A DNA stretch of 32,000 nucleotides from Sulfolobus acidocaldarius DSM 639. Its GTDB lineage: Archaea; Thermoproteota; Thermoprotei_A; Sulfolobales; Sulfolobaceae. The position numbers and the translations under genes were made by a program. The stretch spans positions 2,160,001 to 2,192,000 of the forward strand of contig NC_007181.1 of the NCBI RefSeq assembly GCF_000012285.1. Reading direction: 5' to 3'. Positions 1 through 9,011 of the stretch are shown here, in pieces (the stretch's first letter is position 1; every line of letters begins with the position of its first letter). Below the pieces are notes generated by a model. It saw only the letters and a list, made by a program, of their open reading frames with translations, did not search any database and was not told where the DNA came from.

Positions 1-70
1 TCTCTTCCCTTCGCCCGTTTTACACATTTTGTTAAAACACTTTCTTACGACAGTCCAACAATATTTTTAA

Positions 71-161
71 TGCGGCCGCCGGGATTCGAACCCGGGATTG
101 CTGGCTCTCCTCCCTGACTGATGGAAGGCCAGCGTCCTAATCCAGACTAGACGACGGCCGC
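71..161 (-). tRNA. tRNA-Gly (anticodon UCC) with a 15-nt intron
   Basis: The reverse complement folds as a cloverleaf. Acceptor GCGGCCG/CGGCCGC; D stem GTCT/GGAC; anticodon stem CTGGC/GCCAG with loop CTTCCA..A (anticodon TCC); T arm CCGGG-TTCGAAT-CCCGG; discriminator A. A 15-nt insert (TCAGTCAGGGAGGAG) sits after position 37, the canonical archaeal intron site. CCA is not encoded. Confidence 0.9.
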
Positions 162-184
162 GAGATAATTAATTGACTTGTAGG

Positions 185-194
185 TTTAAAAAAC
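185..194 (-). promoter_or_regulatory. TATA-like box for tRNA-Gly
   Basis: On the minus strand this reads GTTTTTTAAA, about 24-33 nt upstream of tRNA position +1 (161). That spacing fits archaeal TATA-to-TSS distance. Confidence 0.4.
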
Positions 195-214
195 TTTTTC
201 CGTAAAACTTTCTT

Positions 215-1798
215 TCATCCATTTACTAATAACTCATCGAATAGACTCTGAATTAGTTTGGGCTCAACCACACTCTTTAGGGCTATCTTTAGATACTTTA
301 CAAATTCGTCACTTCCAGCTATCTCCCTGTTCTCATATGAAGCGTTCTTGCCGATTAGTTTAACTAGATTATCTATCTTTTCCTCATCCAATGTTTTCTC
401 GCTCATCTCATAAACCTTACTTACAATCGTCTTGAGGAACATGGGATCTAATGACTTTATCCACGTCTCATATTCCTTCAATGATTGTCTAAAATTCTCT
501 ATAAACTTCTTCCTTATTATGGGGCTAACTAGTTTAACAAAGTAGTCTGGATTCCCTGTCTTTAATGCAGAAAGATTGCTAGCTATTTCTTTAGCTGAAT
601 TCAAAGACGCAGTATTTATTGAGTTCAGAACCTCATCCACTAATATCTTATCTAGATTTCCTATGTTTACTTCAATGACTTTCCTAGTATAGACAGAGAG
701 AACTCCCAATTTGTATGTTATAAATGGACAGACTGATTTAGCCTCTCCTTCTTTCTGGGTGGTTTTGTGGGTTATTTGGTAATCAACATCAACTCCTATT
801 TTCTTAGCCCAAGTACATCCATAAACCTTGTCCCTAACATAGGGCTTTATGACATCATATCCGAAGAAACCTTTTTTACCTCCAAACCTTGTATAAACGT
901 AAAAACCTTCTGGGCATAGGAAGTAAATTCCCTCAGCACTGTTATTTTCAAGCAATTTTTCAATATATGCCACATCATTGCGTGCACCACTCAAATCACC
1001 AGATATGTACTTATTGAATCCACAACATACATTGTCAACAATCTTGACCCTTGGGGAGACGTCAGTGAGATTATCACCATATTTATACAGATACTCAAGA
1101 AAACCCAAGACACCTATCTCATCGTAATTAGCCATACACCCAACAAATAATAGATAAAGTGGGTATACGTTGTATTTCTCCTCTAACAATTTCTCATATT
1201 CCTTAACTTTCTCAGAAACAGGAGCTACCTTAGGCATATCGTCAAAATCCGTTACGTAGGCAGGTATTCTAACATTGGACGGAACCCTTCTCCTTCTTAA
1301 TTTAGATATGGAAGTAGAAAGGTAATCCTTCAACTCGGATAACTTAGGTCCCTTGTAGTCTAAGTTGAACGTAACCCTTCTATTTTTAACTGTTATGTAT
1401 AGTTTCGCATACTCTCTTCCATCTATTATCATCAAATATATAAGAGTCCTGTTTTTGTAAAGCACATCTCCTATCATAGCAAAATACCTTGTAGATAACG
1501 TAAAGGAACCAAATCTGCTCTTAGCCTGTTCAAATAAGTTCTTAGGATCAGCAAGGAATGCGATAATGCTGTTATCACTATCTCCTTCCATTTGGATAGT
1601 TTTCTTGAATTTTAGGAAGCTATTTAGAGTCAATATAACGCCAGCAGCCAATAAACCTATACCAGCCCCTAACATTGTTGGTGCTATCAAGAAAAACCCT
1701 GGTCTTGAGCGGAAAGCTATAAAAAATACTATGAGGATAATACCTACAACTACAAATAAGTAATAATAATAGTTCCTTAACCTCATGAGAGCTGACAT
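215..1798 (-). CDS. aapX: Membrane-anchored CCG (cysteine-rich, HdrB/GlpC-like) domain protein; AapX-like pilus locus component
   Basis: 527-aa ORF. The N-terminus has two hydrophobic helices (YYYLFVVVGIILIVFFIAF; FFLIAPTMLGAGIGLLAAGVILTL). The central region has the CCG-domain pattern GC...CCGF...FLCPEG. It lies directly upstream of, and co-oriented with, the pilus ATPase and platform genes, as described for the Fe-S-oxidoreductase-like AapX of the Sulfolobus Aap pilus locus. The function call is by architecture only. Confidence 0.6.
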   Translation of the reverse strand: MSALMRLRNYYYYLFVVVGIILIVFFIAFRSRPGFFLIAPTMLGAGIGLLAAGVILTLNSFLKFKKTIQMEGDSDNSIIAFLADPKNLFEQAKSRFGSFTLSTRYFAMIGDVLYKNRTLIYLMIIDGREYAKLYITVKNRRVTFNLDYKGPKLSELKDYLSTSISKLRRRRVPSNVRIPAYVTDFDDMPKVAPVSEKVKEYEKLLEEKYNVYPLYLLFVGCMANYDEIGVLGFLEYLYKYGDNLTDVSPRVKIVDNVCCGFNKYISGDLSGARNDVAYIEKLLENNSAEGIYFLCPEGFYVYTRFGGKKGFFGYDVIKPYVRDKVYGCTWAKKIGVDVDYQITHKTTQKEGEAKSVCPFITYKLGVLSVYTRKVIEVNIGNLDKILVDEVLNSINTASLNSAKEIASNLSALKTGNPDYFVKLVSPIIRKKFIENFRQSLKEYETWIKSLDPMFLKTIVSKVYEMSEKTLDEEKIDNLVKLIGKNASYENREIAGSDEFVKYLKIALKSVVEPKLIQSLFDELLVNG

Positions 1799-1883
1799 AA
1801 TCCTCCCTTAAATTTAGTTGGAATATATGAGAACCAAAAATAAAAATATTTGCATCCTAACTAATGTTAAAAATAAGATTAGG

Positions 1884-3566
1884 TTATACTTTAGCAACAC
1901 TCATTCTTTGAACTTCCTTGATTGCTTCATCAGGTTTTATGGAGTATAATACTATATACTTCTTAACGAAGACATAGGCATCTGGTCTATCTAATATCTG
2001 CTTTATATCAGATAACATTTTAAGGTAATTCGCCCTTCTCTTTATCTCATCTCCTACAATATCTAAGTTAAGTCCAATCTCCTCAATTCTACTCTTTAAT
2101 ACCTCACTCTTACTTAAATCAAATGTATGAGAATCATTATTAGGATCCCAACTACCAACTTTCTTTAGCTTGTTATATGAAACAACTTCATCGACTTCCA
2201 CAACTCTTCTCTTGAACGAGAGACCAAATGGTATTCTCCTAACAGTTAAAACAACATTCATCATGGGAATCCAATCCCTGGGTATGTTTAGGGGCTCATT
2301 CATTAACCTCTTTATTGCAGACTCTGGGTCATATGCGTGGAAAGTAGTAGCTCCACCGTGTCCAGTACTTAAAGCCTGGAACAGTACATAGGACTCTTCT
2401 CCTCTAATCTCACCAACAGTTATTATGTCAGGTCTATATCTCAGCGATAACTTAAGTAAGTCCATTAGCGTAATCTCCTTTCCGAGAGCACCAAATACTG
2501 GTCTAGTGTAAAGCTGGACCCAATTGTCCCTAGCTAACTTCAACTCTGGTATATCTTCTATGCTAACTATCTTCATGGTATCCTTAACCAAGTTCAATAG
2601 TGCGTTTAGTACAGTGGTCTTTCCTGCTCCAGTAGTACCTATCACCATGAACGACATCTTCAAATCTATAGCATACCATAAGTATGCAACTAAATCTGCT
2701 GAGATCACGCCTTGCTTTATTAAGTGTAATACAGTTATTGGGCTCTCTGAGAATCTCCTTATCACAAACGAAGTACCCTTCGCGCTGACCTCTCTTCCGT
2801 ATGTAGCTGCTATTCTATCTCCTGCAGGCAACATACCGTCTGAGATAGGGCTTGCAATAGATATTGATCTTCCTGATAGCGATATATATCTCATTGTTAT
2901 CTGGTTAAGGAACTCCTCTCCATCAACCTCTTCATTCAATACGGACATTCTTTTCTGAAATATTATATTAGTTGGAATATATTCATAGTCCCTGTGGTAG
3001 ACATATATGGGGACATTTAGTCCATTCACAGATATATCCTCAACTTTGTAGTCGGCTAAAAGTGGTGTAAATACATTATAACCTAACAAGTTTCGTATAA
3101 TATGATACAGAGCTACCCTAGCTTCAGGTTTTAAGACTGTATAATCACCACGGGAGCCCTCTATCACATAATCTCTATATATATTTGAAAAGTCCCTAAT
3201 GCTAGCTCCTATGTCAAAATGCTTTCCTACGAACTGCCTTTCAAGATATTTTATAAGTAATTTATAAATAACGAACGACTTCTCCTCTAGTGGAGGTTCA
3301 ACAAGAACGTACTTGTGGACTCCCTTATCATTATCAAAGTAAATAAAGACGTGGGGATTAGGAATTTTCATTTCTATGCCTGAATTATTCAGCTGATCAA
3401 CTAGTTCTTTGGGAATTTGAGATAATATATCCACCTCATACTCAGACGAGATATTGAGTACTTCTTCTGGAATCCCGGTCAGAGGGTAGAGTGTAGCCGG
3501 AATCTTGTACTGAGATACCTCTTCCAAATCTTTATTAGATTTTCGAGTAAATTTACTAAGTGCCAT
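1884..3566 (-). CDS. aapE: Type II/IV secretion-family (VirB11/FlaI/GspE-like) pilus assembly ATPase, AapE-like
   Basis: 560-aa ORF. Walker A GTTGAGKTT; downstream IVSIEDIPEL and ITVGEIRGEE (Asp/His-box-type motifs of secretion ATPases); ATTFHA. Adjacent to a FlaJ/TadC-like membrane protein. Confidence 0.85.
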   Translation of the reverse strand: MALSKFTRKSNKDLEEVSQYKIPATLYPLTGIPEEVLNISSEYEVDILSQIPKELVDQLNNSGIEMKIPNPHVFIYFDNDKGVHKYVLVEPPLEEKSFVIYKLLIKYLERQFVGKHFDIGASIRDFSNIYRDYVIEGSRGDYTVLKPEARVALYHIIRNLLGYNVFTPLLADYKVEDISVNGLNVPIYVYHRDYEYIPTNIIFQKRMSVLNEEVDGEEFLNQITMRYISLSGRSISIASPISDGMLPAGDRIAATYGREVSAKGTSFVIRRFSESPITVLHLIKQGVISADLVAYLWYAIDLKMSFMVIGTTGAGKTTVLNALLNLVKDTMKIVSIEDIPELKLARDNWVQLYTRPVFGALGKEITLMDLLKLSLRYRPDIITVGEIRGEESYVLFQALSTGHGGATTFHAYDPESAIKRLMNEPLNIPRDWIPMMNVVLTVRRIPFGLSFKRRVVEVDEVVSYNKLKKVGSWDPNNDSHTFDLSKSEVLKSRIEEIGLNLDIVGDEIKRRANYLKMLSDIKQILDRPDAYVFVKKYIVLYSIKPDEAIKEVQRMSVAKV

Positions 3567-3734
3567 AGTGCTTTATATATATTTAAAATTTCAAATTATA
3601 TAAGCTTTTTCACCTTCTATAAGTTAACCTCGAGCTAAACAACTAGTTTATTGGAAAAGAATGAAAAAATGATTGAAAAGTTTCCAATCTCCATCTTCAA
3701 AAATTATAAAAAATATTTAACTTTATCTAGTTGT

Positions 3735-5570
3735 TCAGAAACTTATGTTAGAATGGAAGTTAGGCACTATTGAAATTCTTAACTCCACAAATGCGAAAAT
3801 TGTAAGTGTAACCACTATCATCAGTATTATACCATGTATAAACCCTGCAGAGGCTTTACCATATCCTATTTTACCTATTAGTAAACCCGCTAGAAATGCG
3901 TTTAATATGCCCGAAATTGCAGTAATAAATATAATTTGTGGGATAGAAACTAAACCAGTGGCTATCGGTCCGTAAACAGCTATTCCAGAATTCAGCATGC
4001 TTAAAATACCACTAGCTAAAAGGAATGTAGCAATCAAGGATACCAAGACACCTGCATATGGAGTAGCGATAAGTGGTTTTACCTTACCTTGATATTCCCT
4101 CCTGACTACCAACTGACTATTTATCTGATCAGCTAGGGCTCTAACGTTGTCAGGTGTCATACTGCCAATCTCAATCATATCTGAAAGAGTGTAAAGAGCT
4201 ATTCTACTGGTGAACTCATTAATCGAATCAGCACCTCTTTTAAGAGCTATCGTTAGAGGGTAGCCTAACTTCAGATAACCATCAACCTTTCTTAAAACTT
4301 CCCTGAACTTACCCATTTCCTGAGCGTCTTTCAGTCTAGTAACTATACTCTCAAAAGTAAGACCAGCCAACAGACCCTCAGATATTGCATTGAGGAACTT
4401 CACAGCATATTCCTCAAATCCACTCTTTTCTCTCATCTCCTTCTGGTAGAAAAATGCGGGAGGTGCTGAAGCTATCAATAAACCTATTAAAAGAGCAATT
4501 GATACAGGGAAGACATTCTGGAGACCACCTGAAAGAGTTATAAAGTATACTATCTGATGTTCAAATATCATTATCAGGAAAGCTACAACCAGTCCTATCG
4601 GTAATGAAATGTAAAATATCTTATATGCGCTAGACTGAGTCTCAGGGAATTTCAGTTGTAAAGAGTCTGCCATGTAGACAAAGAGTAAATTAACCATAGG
4701 TACTACCAATACTACTACAGGACCAAGAACAGTCAACAAGGAACTGGAGTTACCAACGAAAGGTAATATAGCACCCATTATCAGAACGAGATACAACATT
4801 ATGTACCCAGATGACAACCAAACCACATATGATTCTGCGACTCCCTGAAGTCTATCTGAAGCTAAATTTGCTGCTAACGAAAACTGTTTAGATAGGTCCT
4901 TCAACTTTGCTTCCATAGTTTCAATCACAGGAGCCCCAGTCCTTATTGCGGTAACATAAGCTAGCATAAAGTCGTTAAATAGTTTACCCGGATTAATGTC
5001 CATAGCCTTTAACAAAGCCTGCTCAATACTCTCGCTTAAGTACTGAACTCTTCTGTTGACATAAACTACAATATCTTGGACAAACGAAAATGCCTTAGAT
5101 CCCTCCAATTTCCTAAACAAGAGGACTGGAGACAGACCAGACTTAAGAAATATCACGAATAGTGTAGCAAATGAGAACGATTCAGCGTCTACCCCATTCT
5201 TTATTTTATCTATTTTCTGGGATATATCAAGAATAGATATAAGATAAGCTATGGGGGGGATTATAACTCCAAGAAACAACATAACTAATGAAAGAGCTAG
5301 ATATGCTGGTAAAAGTGTAACTCTATAAAATCTAAGGAAAATTATTAGAGCAAAAGAAATAAACATAACAGCTAAGACAATACATACAAGCAAAATGAGG
5401 AACAGCCTGCTGGCGAACAGTTTAGGATCTTCGGGGTTTCTAGAAGTTAGAAGCCTCTTATCGAAATAACCAGCTAATCTTTTGACAACTGGTGTATGGT
5501 AAAATAGTAAATATATTGAAGGAATGTTAACGTTAGAGGAGGACTTCTTATCCTTACTCATCCTACTCAT
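3735..5570 (-). CDS. aapF: Polytopic type IV pilus platform protein (FlaJ/TadC/GspF-like), AapF-like
   Basis: 611-aa ORF with many hydrophobic helices separated by two soluble helical regions (the duplicated T2SS-F-like layout). It follows the ATPase gene. Confidence 0.8.
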   Translation of the reverse strand: MSRMSKDKKSSSNVNIPSIYLLFYHTPVVKRLAGYFDKRLLTSRNPEDPKLFASRLFLILLVCIVLAVMFISFALIIFLRFYRVTLLPAYLALSLVMLFLGVIIPPIAYLISILDISQKIDKIKNGVDAESFSFATLFVIFLKSGLSPVLLFRKLEGSKAFSFVQDIVVYVNRRVQYLSESIEQALLKAMDINPGKLFNDFMLAYVTAIRTGAPVIETMEAKLKDLSKQFSLAANLASDRLQGVAESYVVWLSSGYIMLYLVLIMGAILPFVGNSSSLLTVLGPVVVLVVPMVNLLFVYMADSLQLKFPETQSSAYKIFYISLPIGLVVAFLIMIFEHQIVYFITLSGGLQNVFPVSIALLIGLLIASAPPAFFYQKEMREKSGFEEYAVKFLNAISEGLLAGLTFESIVTRLKDAQEMGKFREVLRKVDGYLKLGYPLTIALKRGADSINEFTSRIALYTLSDMIEIGSMTPDNVRALADQINSQLVVRREYQGKVKPLIATPYAGVLVSLIATFLLASGILSMLNSGIAVYGPIATGLVSIPQIIFITAISGILNAFLAGLLIGKIGYGKASAGFIHGIILMIVVTLTIFAFVELRISIVPNFHSNISF

Positions 5571-5824
5571 GTATATTCACACAGTAAAAGTATATAAATT
5601 AAGTTAAGTCTAAAACTTAAATCTATGAAAATAAGCTCATCTTTATGGCTTTAGACAGAGAATAGTATTACTTTAGGATATTCTAAATATATTTAATAAC
5701 CGAATTAATTTCTACCCTTTTTACGCTTTTTTGATAGCACCCATTTCACTTAGGCTAGTAATATACGTGCTTTCAAGAAGAGAAAAAATTAAATACCAAA
5801 ACCCTACTTTTAGTGTGACAATAT

Positions 5825-6295
5825 ATGAATATAGAGGTAAAGAAGAGCAAGAAAAAGAATATGAGGGCATTATCTGGCGCTATAGTAGCATTAATTCTAG
5901 TAATAGCAGGTGTCATAATAGCAATAGCAGTAGTACTATTTGCCTTCGGTCTAATACCAGGAATATCAAACCAGGGAAGTATTCAAGTTCTTGGAAGCGG
6001 TACTATAACTAATAGTACAGCAAGTGGTTCATCACGTACTATATATAATATAACAATTACAGTAAAGAATACTGGAACCACAAGTATTAGTGTAACAAGT
6101 ATTAATATTAATGGACAGCCCTTCAATATAAATGGTACTGCTCCTTCTATCCCTGCCGGTAGAACACAACCTATAACTTTCGAAGTAACACCTGCTAGTG
6201 GTAAACCCAACTTCTCTCCAGGTGCATCATACACAGCTACAATTTACTTCTCTAACGGACAGGGAGCTCCAGCAACACTGATATACCAAGGATAA
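5825..6295 (+). CDS. Type IV pilin with class III signal peptide (position equivalent to aapB)
   Basis: N-terminus MNIEVKKSKKKNMRA|LSGAIVALILVIAGVIIAIAVVLF: a basic prepeptide, an R-A|L-S PibD-type cleavage motif, then a long hydrophobic helix. The mature part is Thr/Ser/Asn-rich with N-x-S/T sequons (NST, NIT, NGT, NFS). An alternative start at ATG 5861 (MRALSG) is possible. Divergent from aapF. Confidence 0.8.
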   Translation: MNIEVKKSKKKNMRALSGAIVALILVIAGVIIAIAVVLFAFGLIPGISNQGSIQVLGSGTITNSTASGSSRTIYNITITVKNTGTTSISVTSININGQPFNINGTAPSIPAGRTQPITFEVTPASGKPNFSPGASYTATIYFSNGQGAPATLIYQG

Positions 6296-6314
6296 GATAA
6301 TAAACAATATCCCA

Positions 6315-6338
6315 TTTTTATAAGTTTTATTCTTTTTT
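6315..6338 (+). terminator. T-run terminator signals downstream of the pilin gene
   Basis: A T5 run (6315-6319) and a T6 run (6333-6338) lie 20-43 nt after the pilin stop codon. Archaeal termination typically uses oligo-T tracts. Confidence 0.35.
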
Positions 6339-6872
6339 ATACTACTCCCCTAAATATTTAATTATACTATGTATAAGGAGTTTTAATTTTAGTCCATAAA
6401 CATTCATTTAATCTTAATCCAAAATATACTAAGACTGTATTGGAAAATTTTCAATTTTACTTAAGTTATATTAAACTGTATACAAGTTTATTATACTAAA
6501 ATAAAGGTGAATATGATAGTTAAAGTTTTTAAAATTCTTACAAAACTATTTTTAGTCGTAATAAATAAAAAATATCATTCCTAAGGGGTTGAGATTTAAA
6601 TAGCAGACTAAGCTCAGGTAAAATTTTATAATAGATCGCTGTCTCTTCATTAACATTGTTCATTTAAACCCCTTCTAAATTATTTTATATTAAGTAATAC
6701 TGACTTAAAACGTAAATGGTTAACAATAACGAAGTAAATTATGCTATAATCGGAAGGTTCTTTACGGTTAAACTTATCCTTAGTTCGCACTTCTCACTAC
6801 TTTGAAGTTCGAACTTAATCCTACTAAAAATATATATAGTAATTAACTTGTATTAGTATCTAGCGACCACGA

Positions 6873-9011
6873 TTGCTCGTTGTAAAGAACTATATACCAA
6901 TACCGAGGCAGACAGATAGTGAGTTTTGGACAGCTGATAGAATAGATCACATTAGGAGACTGGCTTTAACAGGAAAGCCCTACAAGATATTTCCACATTA
7001 TGACACACTAAGAGTATTAGATAGGATACATTTCAAAAAGGAGAACACCCTAATTTCCGACTCCCCTTCATCTGCAATTTCAACTAGTGTTGCTGGAATA
7101 CCCGTCTCGGCACCCCTTTACCTAGGTGATATGTCTTACGGAGCTTTGAGTGGAAATCCAAATATAGCAATAGCAAGAGTTGCAGATATAACAGAAACTT
7201 TAGCTGGTACAGGTGAAGGGGGGTTACATCCTGAGGTGGGCAAGTCAAAAAGGATTTTTGTCCAATGGGCATCTGCACGTTTTGGTGTTGACATAGATGT
7301 GTTAATGAAGGGTGCTGGTATAGTAATAAAAATAGGACAAGGAGCTAAACCAGGTATAGGAGGTCATCTACCTGGTAGTAAAGTGACTGACCCAATATCC
7401 CTAACTAGAAGGATCCCTGTTGGAATAGACGCAATATCTCCAGCTCCCCATCACGACATCTATTCTATAGAAGATCTAGGGCAGAGAATTGAAGCATTGA
7501 AAGAGGCAACAGGTAAACCTGTATTTGTTAAAGTGGCTGCCACAAACTACATACCTTACATTGTCTCAGGAATAGCCAGGATGGGTGCAGATGGTGTAAT
7601 TATTGATGGGCATGGGGCAGGGACAGGGGCAACACCTACAGTGATCAGAGATAATTTAGGGATACCAATAGAGCTCGCAGTTGCAATTTCTGATAAAGTA
7701 CTTAAGGCACAGGGAATGAGGGATAATTTCACTGTTATAGCGGCAGGAAGGATTGCGAATGCTACAGATGCAGCCAAACTAATTGCACTAGGTGCAGATG
7801 TGGTCAGCGTTGGTACTGGAGCTTTGATAGCAATGGGGTGTGTGATGGTTCATAAGTGCCATATTGGCTCTTGTCCAACTGCACTCACCAATAAGATAGA
7901 TGGGACTAGGATGTTTGAGACAGAGTTCGGTGTTAAAGTTCTGACGAATTTTGTAAGGGGATTCTCTCTAGAACTAGCTAACATATTGGACAACTTAGGT
8001 ATGACTGATTTGAGGAATCTGAAGGGTAGGAAGGATCTATTGGTCGGTAAAGGATTGTCCAGGGAGACCTTGGAGGTACTAGGTATTGAGGGGGAGGAAG
8101 AGGAACTTCCGCCCAAACTAGGAGAGTTGTGGACCAAGAGGAGAAAGGCTTATCTCCACGAACTAATAAACAAGGGAGATCCGGTAATAACGAGTATGGG
8201 GAGTACCTCACCACCTGATGTGGAAAAACCTGCTAGAATATTAGACTGGATTAGGTCTGACGGTGCCCAGGTTACTAGACCTTCTATTGATCCGTACAGG
8301 GAAGACATAGACACAAGCTTCTACTTAAATCATGGTAGATTCTATTTATCACTCCCTATAATCTTTGACATTACTGAAGCTGATGAAGATACAAAAGAGG
8401 CATTAAGTTGGGCATCCTTAGCATTGAGCTCTGCAATATTCACAACAGAGACAAACCCTAAGTATAAAGACGTTTCCATAAGTCTAGATGGTAGAGGGGC
8501 TCTAAACTGGAGTGATGAGTATAAGTTTGGGTATTACATTAGACTACCTTCCAATCCTGAAGCTGTAGAGAAAGTTGTTGAGCTTAAGGGTGTACCTGGG
8601 TTTATAATTGATGAGGATTTAGGTGGAGAAGATCTCGAAATAGTTATCTCAGACGTTGATACTAAGTTGAAGGAACTGGGAGTGAGAAGAAGATTTGACA
8701 TCTTAGCTAAATCCTCCAAATTAAGAGACTCTGGAGATGCATTTAAGTTAGTGGGCTTAGGTGCAGATTCAGTTATAATGAGTCATAAGATCTTGGATGT
8801 GGCAATCGGAGAGGGAAGCCGTAGCTCCCTAAAGGATAAAGCGTTTAATTTAGTTGCGGGTTTCAAAAAGGAAATTGCCCTATTGGCAGGTGCAGCAGGA
8901 GTTTACAGTGTCCAATCCACTTTACTTGGAAATAGGGAGTTACTTAGAGCTGTAAATCTAAACTCGTACATCCTTAAAAGGCTCAGGATCAGAGTGGCTG
9001 GTTCCCTATGA
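6873..9011 (+). CDS. gltB: Archaeal glutamate synthase, FMN/[3Fe-4S] domain subunit with a C-terminal degenerate second barrel
   Basis: 712-aa ORF with a TTG start. GltS FMN-domain motifs: [63 protein letters not shown]. Cys cluster [15 protein letters not shown] (C-x5-C-x4-C). The C-terminal ~270 aa repeats the end of the barrel without the cofactor motifs. Confidence 0.9.
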   Translation: MLVVKNYIPIPRQTDSEFWTADRIDHIRRLALTGKPYKIFPHYDTLRVLDRIHFKKENTLISDSPSSAISTSVAGIPVSAPLYLGDMSYGALSGNPNIAIARVADITETLAGTGEGGLHPEVGKSKRIFVQWASARFGVDIDVLMKGAGIVIKIGQGAKPGIGGHLPGSKVTDPISLTRRIPVGIDAISPAPHHDIYSIEDLGQRIEALKEATGKPVFVKVAATNYIPYIVSGIARMGADGVIIDGHGAGTGATPTVIRDNLGIPIELAVAISDKVLKAQGMRDNFTVIAAGRIANATDAAKLIALGADVVSVGTGALIAMGCVMVHKCHIGSCPTALTNKIDGTRMFETEFGVKVLTNFVRGFSLELANILDNLGMTDLRNLKGRKDLLVGKGLSRETLEVLGIEGEEEELPPKLGELWTKRRKAYLHELINKGDPVITSMGSTSPPDVEKPARILDWIRSDGAQVTRPSIDPYREDIDTSFYLNHGRFYLSLPIIFDITEADEDTKEALSWASLALSSAIFTTETNPKYKDVSISLDGRGALNWSDEYKFGYYIRLPSNPEAVEKVVELKGVPGFIIDEDLGGEDLEIVISDVDTKLKELGVRRRFDILAKSSKLRDSGDAFKLVGLGADSVIMSHKILDVAIGEGSRSSLKDKAFNLVAGFKKEIALLAGAAGVYSVQSTLLGNRELLRAVNLNSYILKRLRIRVAGSL

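Noticed and set aside
1566-2958. Plus-strand ORFs 1566-1763, 2170-2391 and 2524-2958 from the ORF track
   Set aside because: They are fully nested antisense to the strongly supported aapX-like and ATPase genes. They have low-complexity Ser/Leu/Ile-rich translations and no motifs, as expected for shadow ORFs in AT-rich DNA.
5731-6234. ORF 5731-6012 (+) and ORF 5983-6234 (-) overlapping the pilin gene
   Set aside because: The 5825-6295 frame has an unmistakable class III signal peptide and pilin composition. The alternatives are out-of-frame or antisense shadows with no features.
215-6295. Alternative identification of the pilus locus as the UV-inducible Ups pilus or an archaellum operon
   Set aside because: As I recall them, Ups loci have both pilin genes co-oriented downstream of upsF and lack a CCG-domain protein. 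Archaellum operons carry FlaG/F/H/X-type accessory genes. Neither pattern is present, and the CCG protein plus a divergent single pilin fits the Aap layout better. This remains unverified without a database search.
6296-6872. Possibility that the long spacer holds a CRISPR array, a MITE or an IS remnant
   Set aside because: I saw no regularly spaced direct repeats, no convincing terminal inverted repeats (only a 6-bp GGGGTT/AACCCC pair 76 nt apart) and no transposase-like frame. The 23-aa and 29-aa plus-strand ORFs there have no supporting signals.
7084-8719. Five minus-strand ORFs (61-95 aa) inside gltB, and ORF 10290-10490 (-) inside the GATase/GXGXG gene
   Set aside because: They are antisense to CDSs carrying dense conserved GltS motifs. 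There are no start-context, promoter or motif features to support them.
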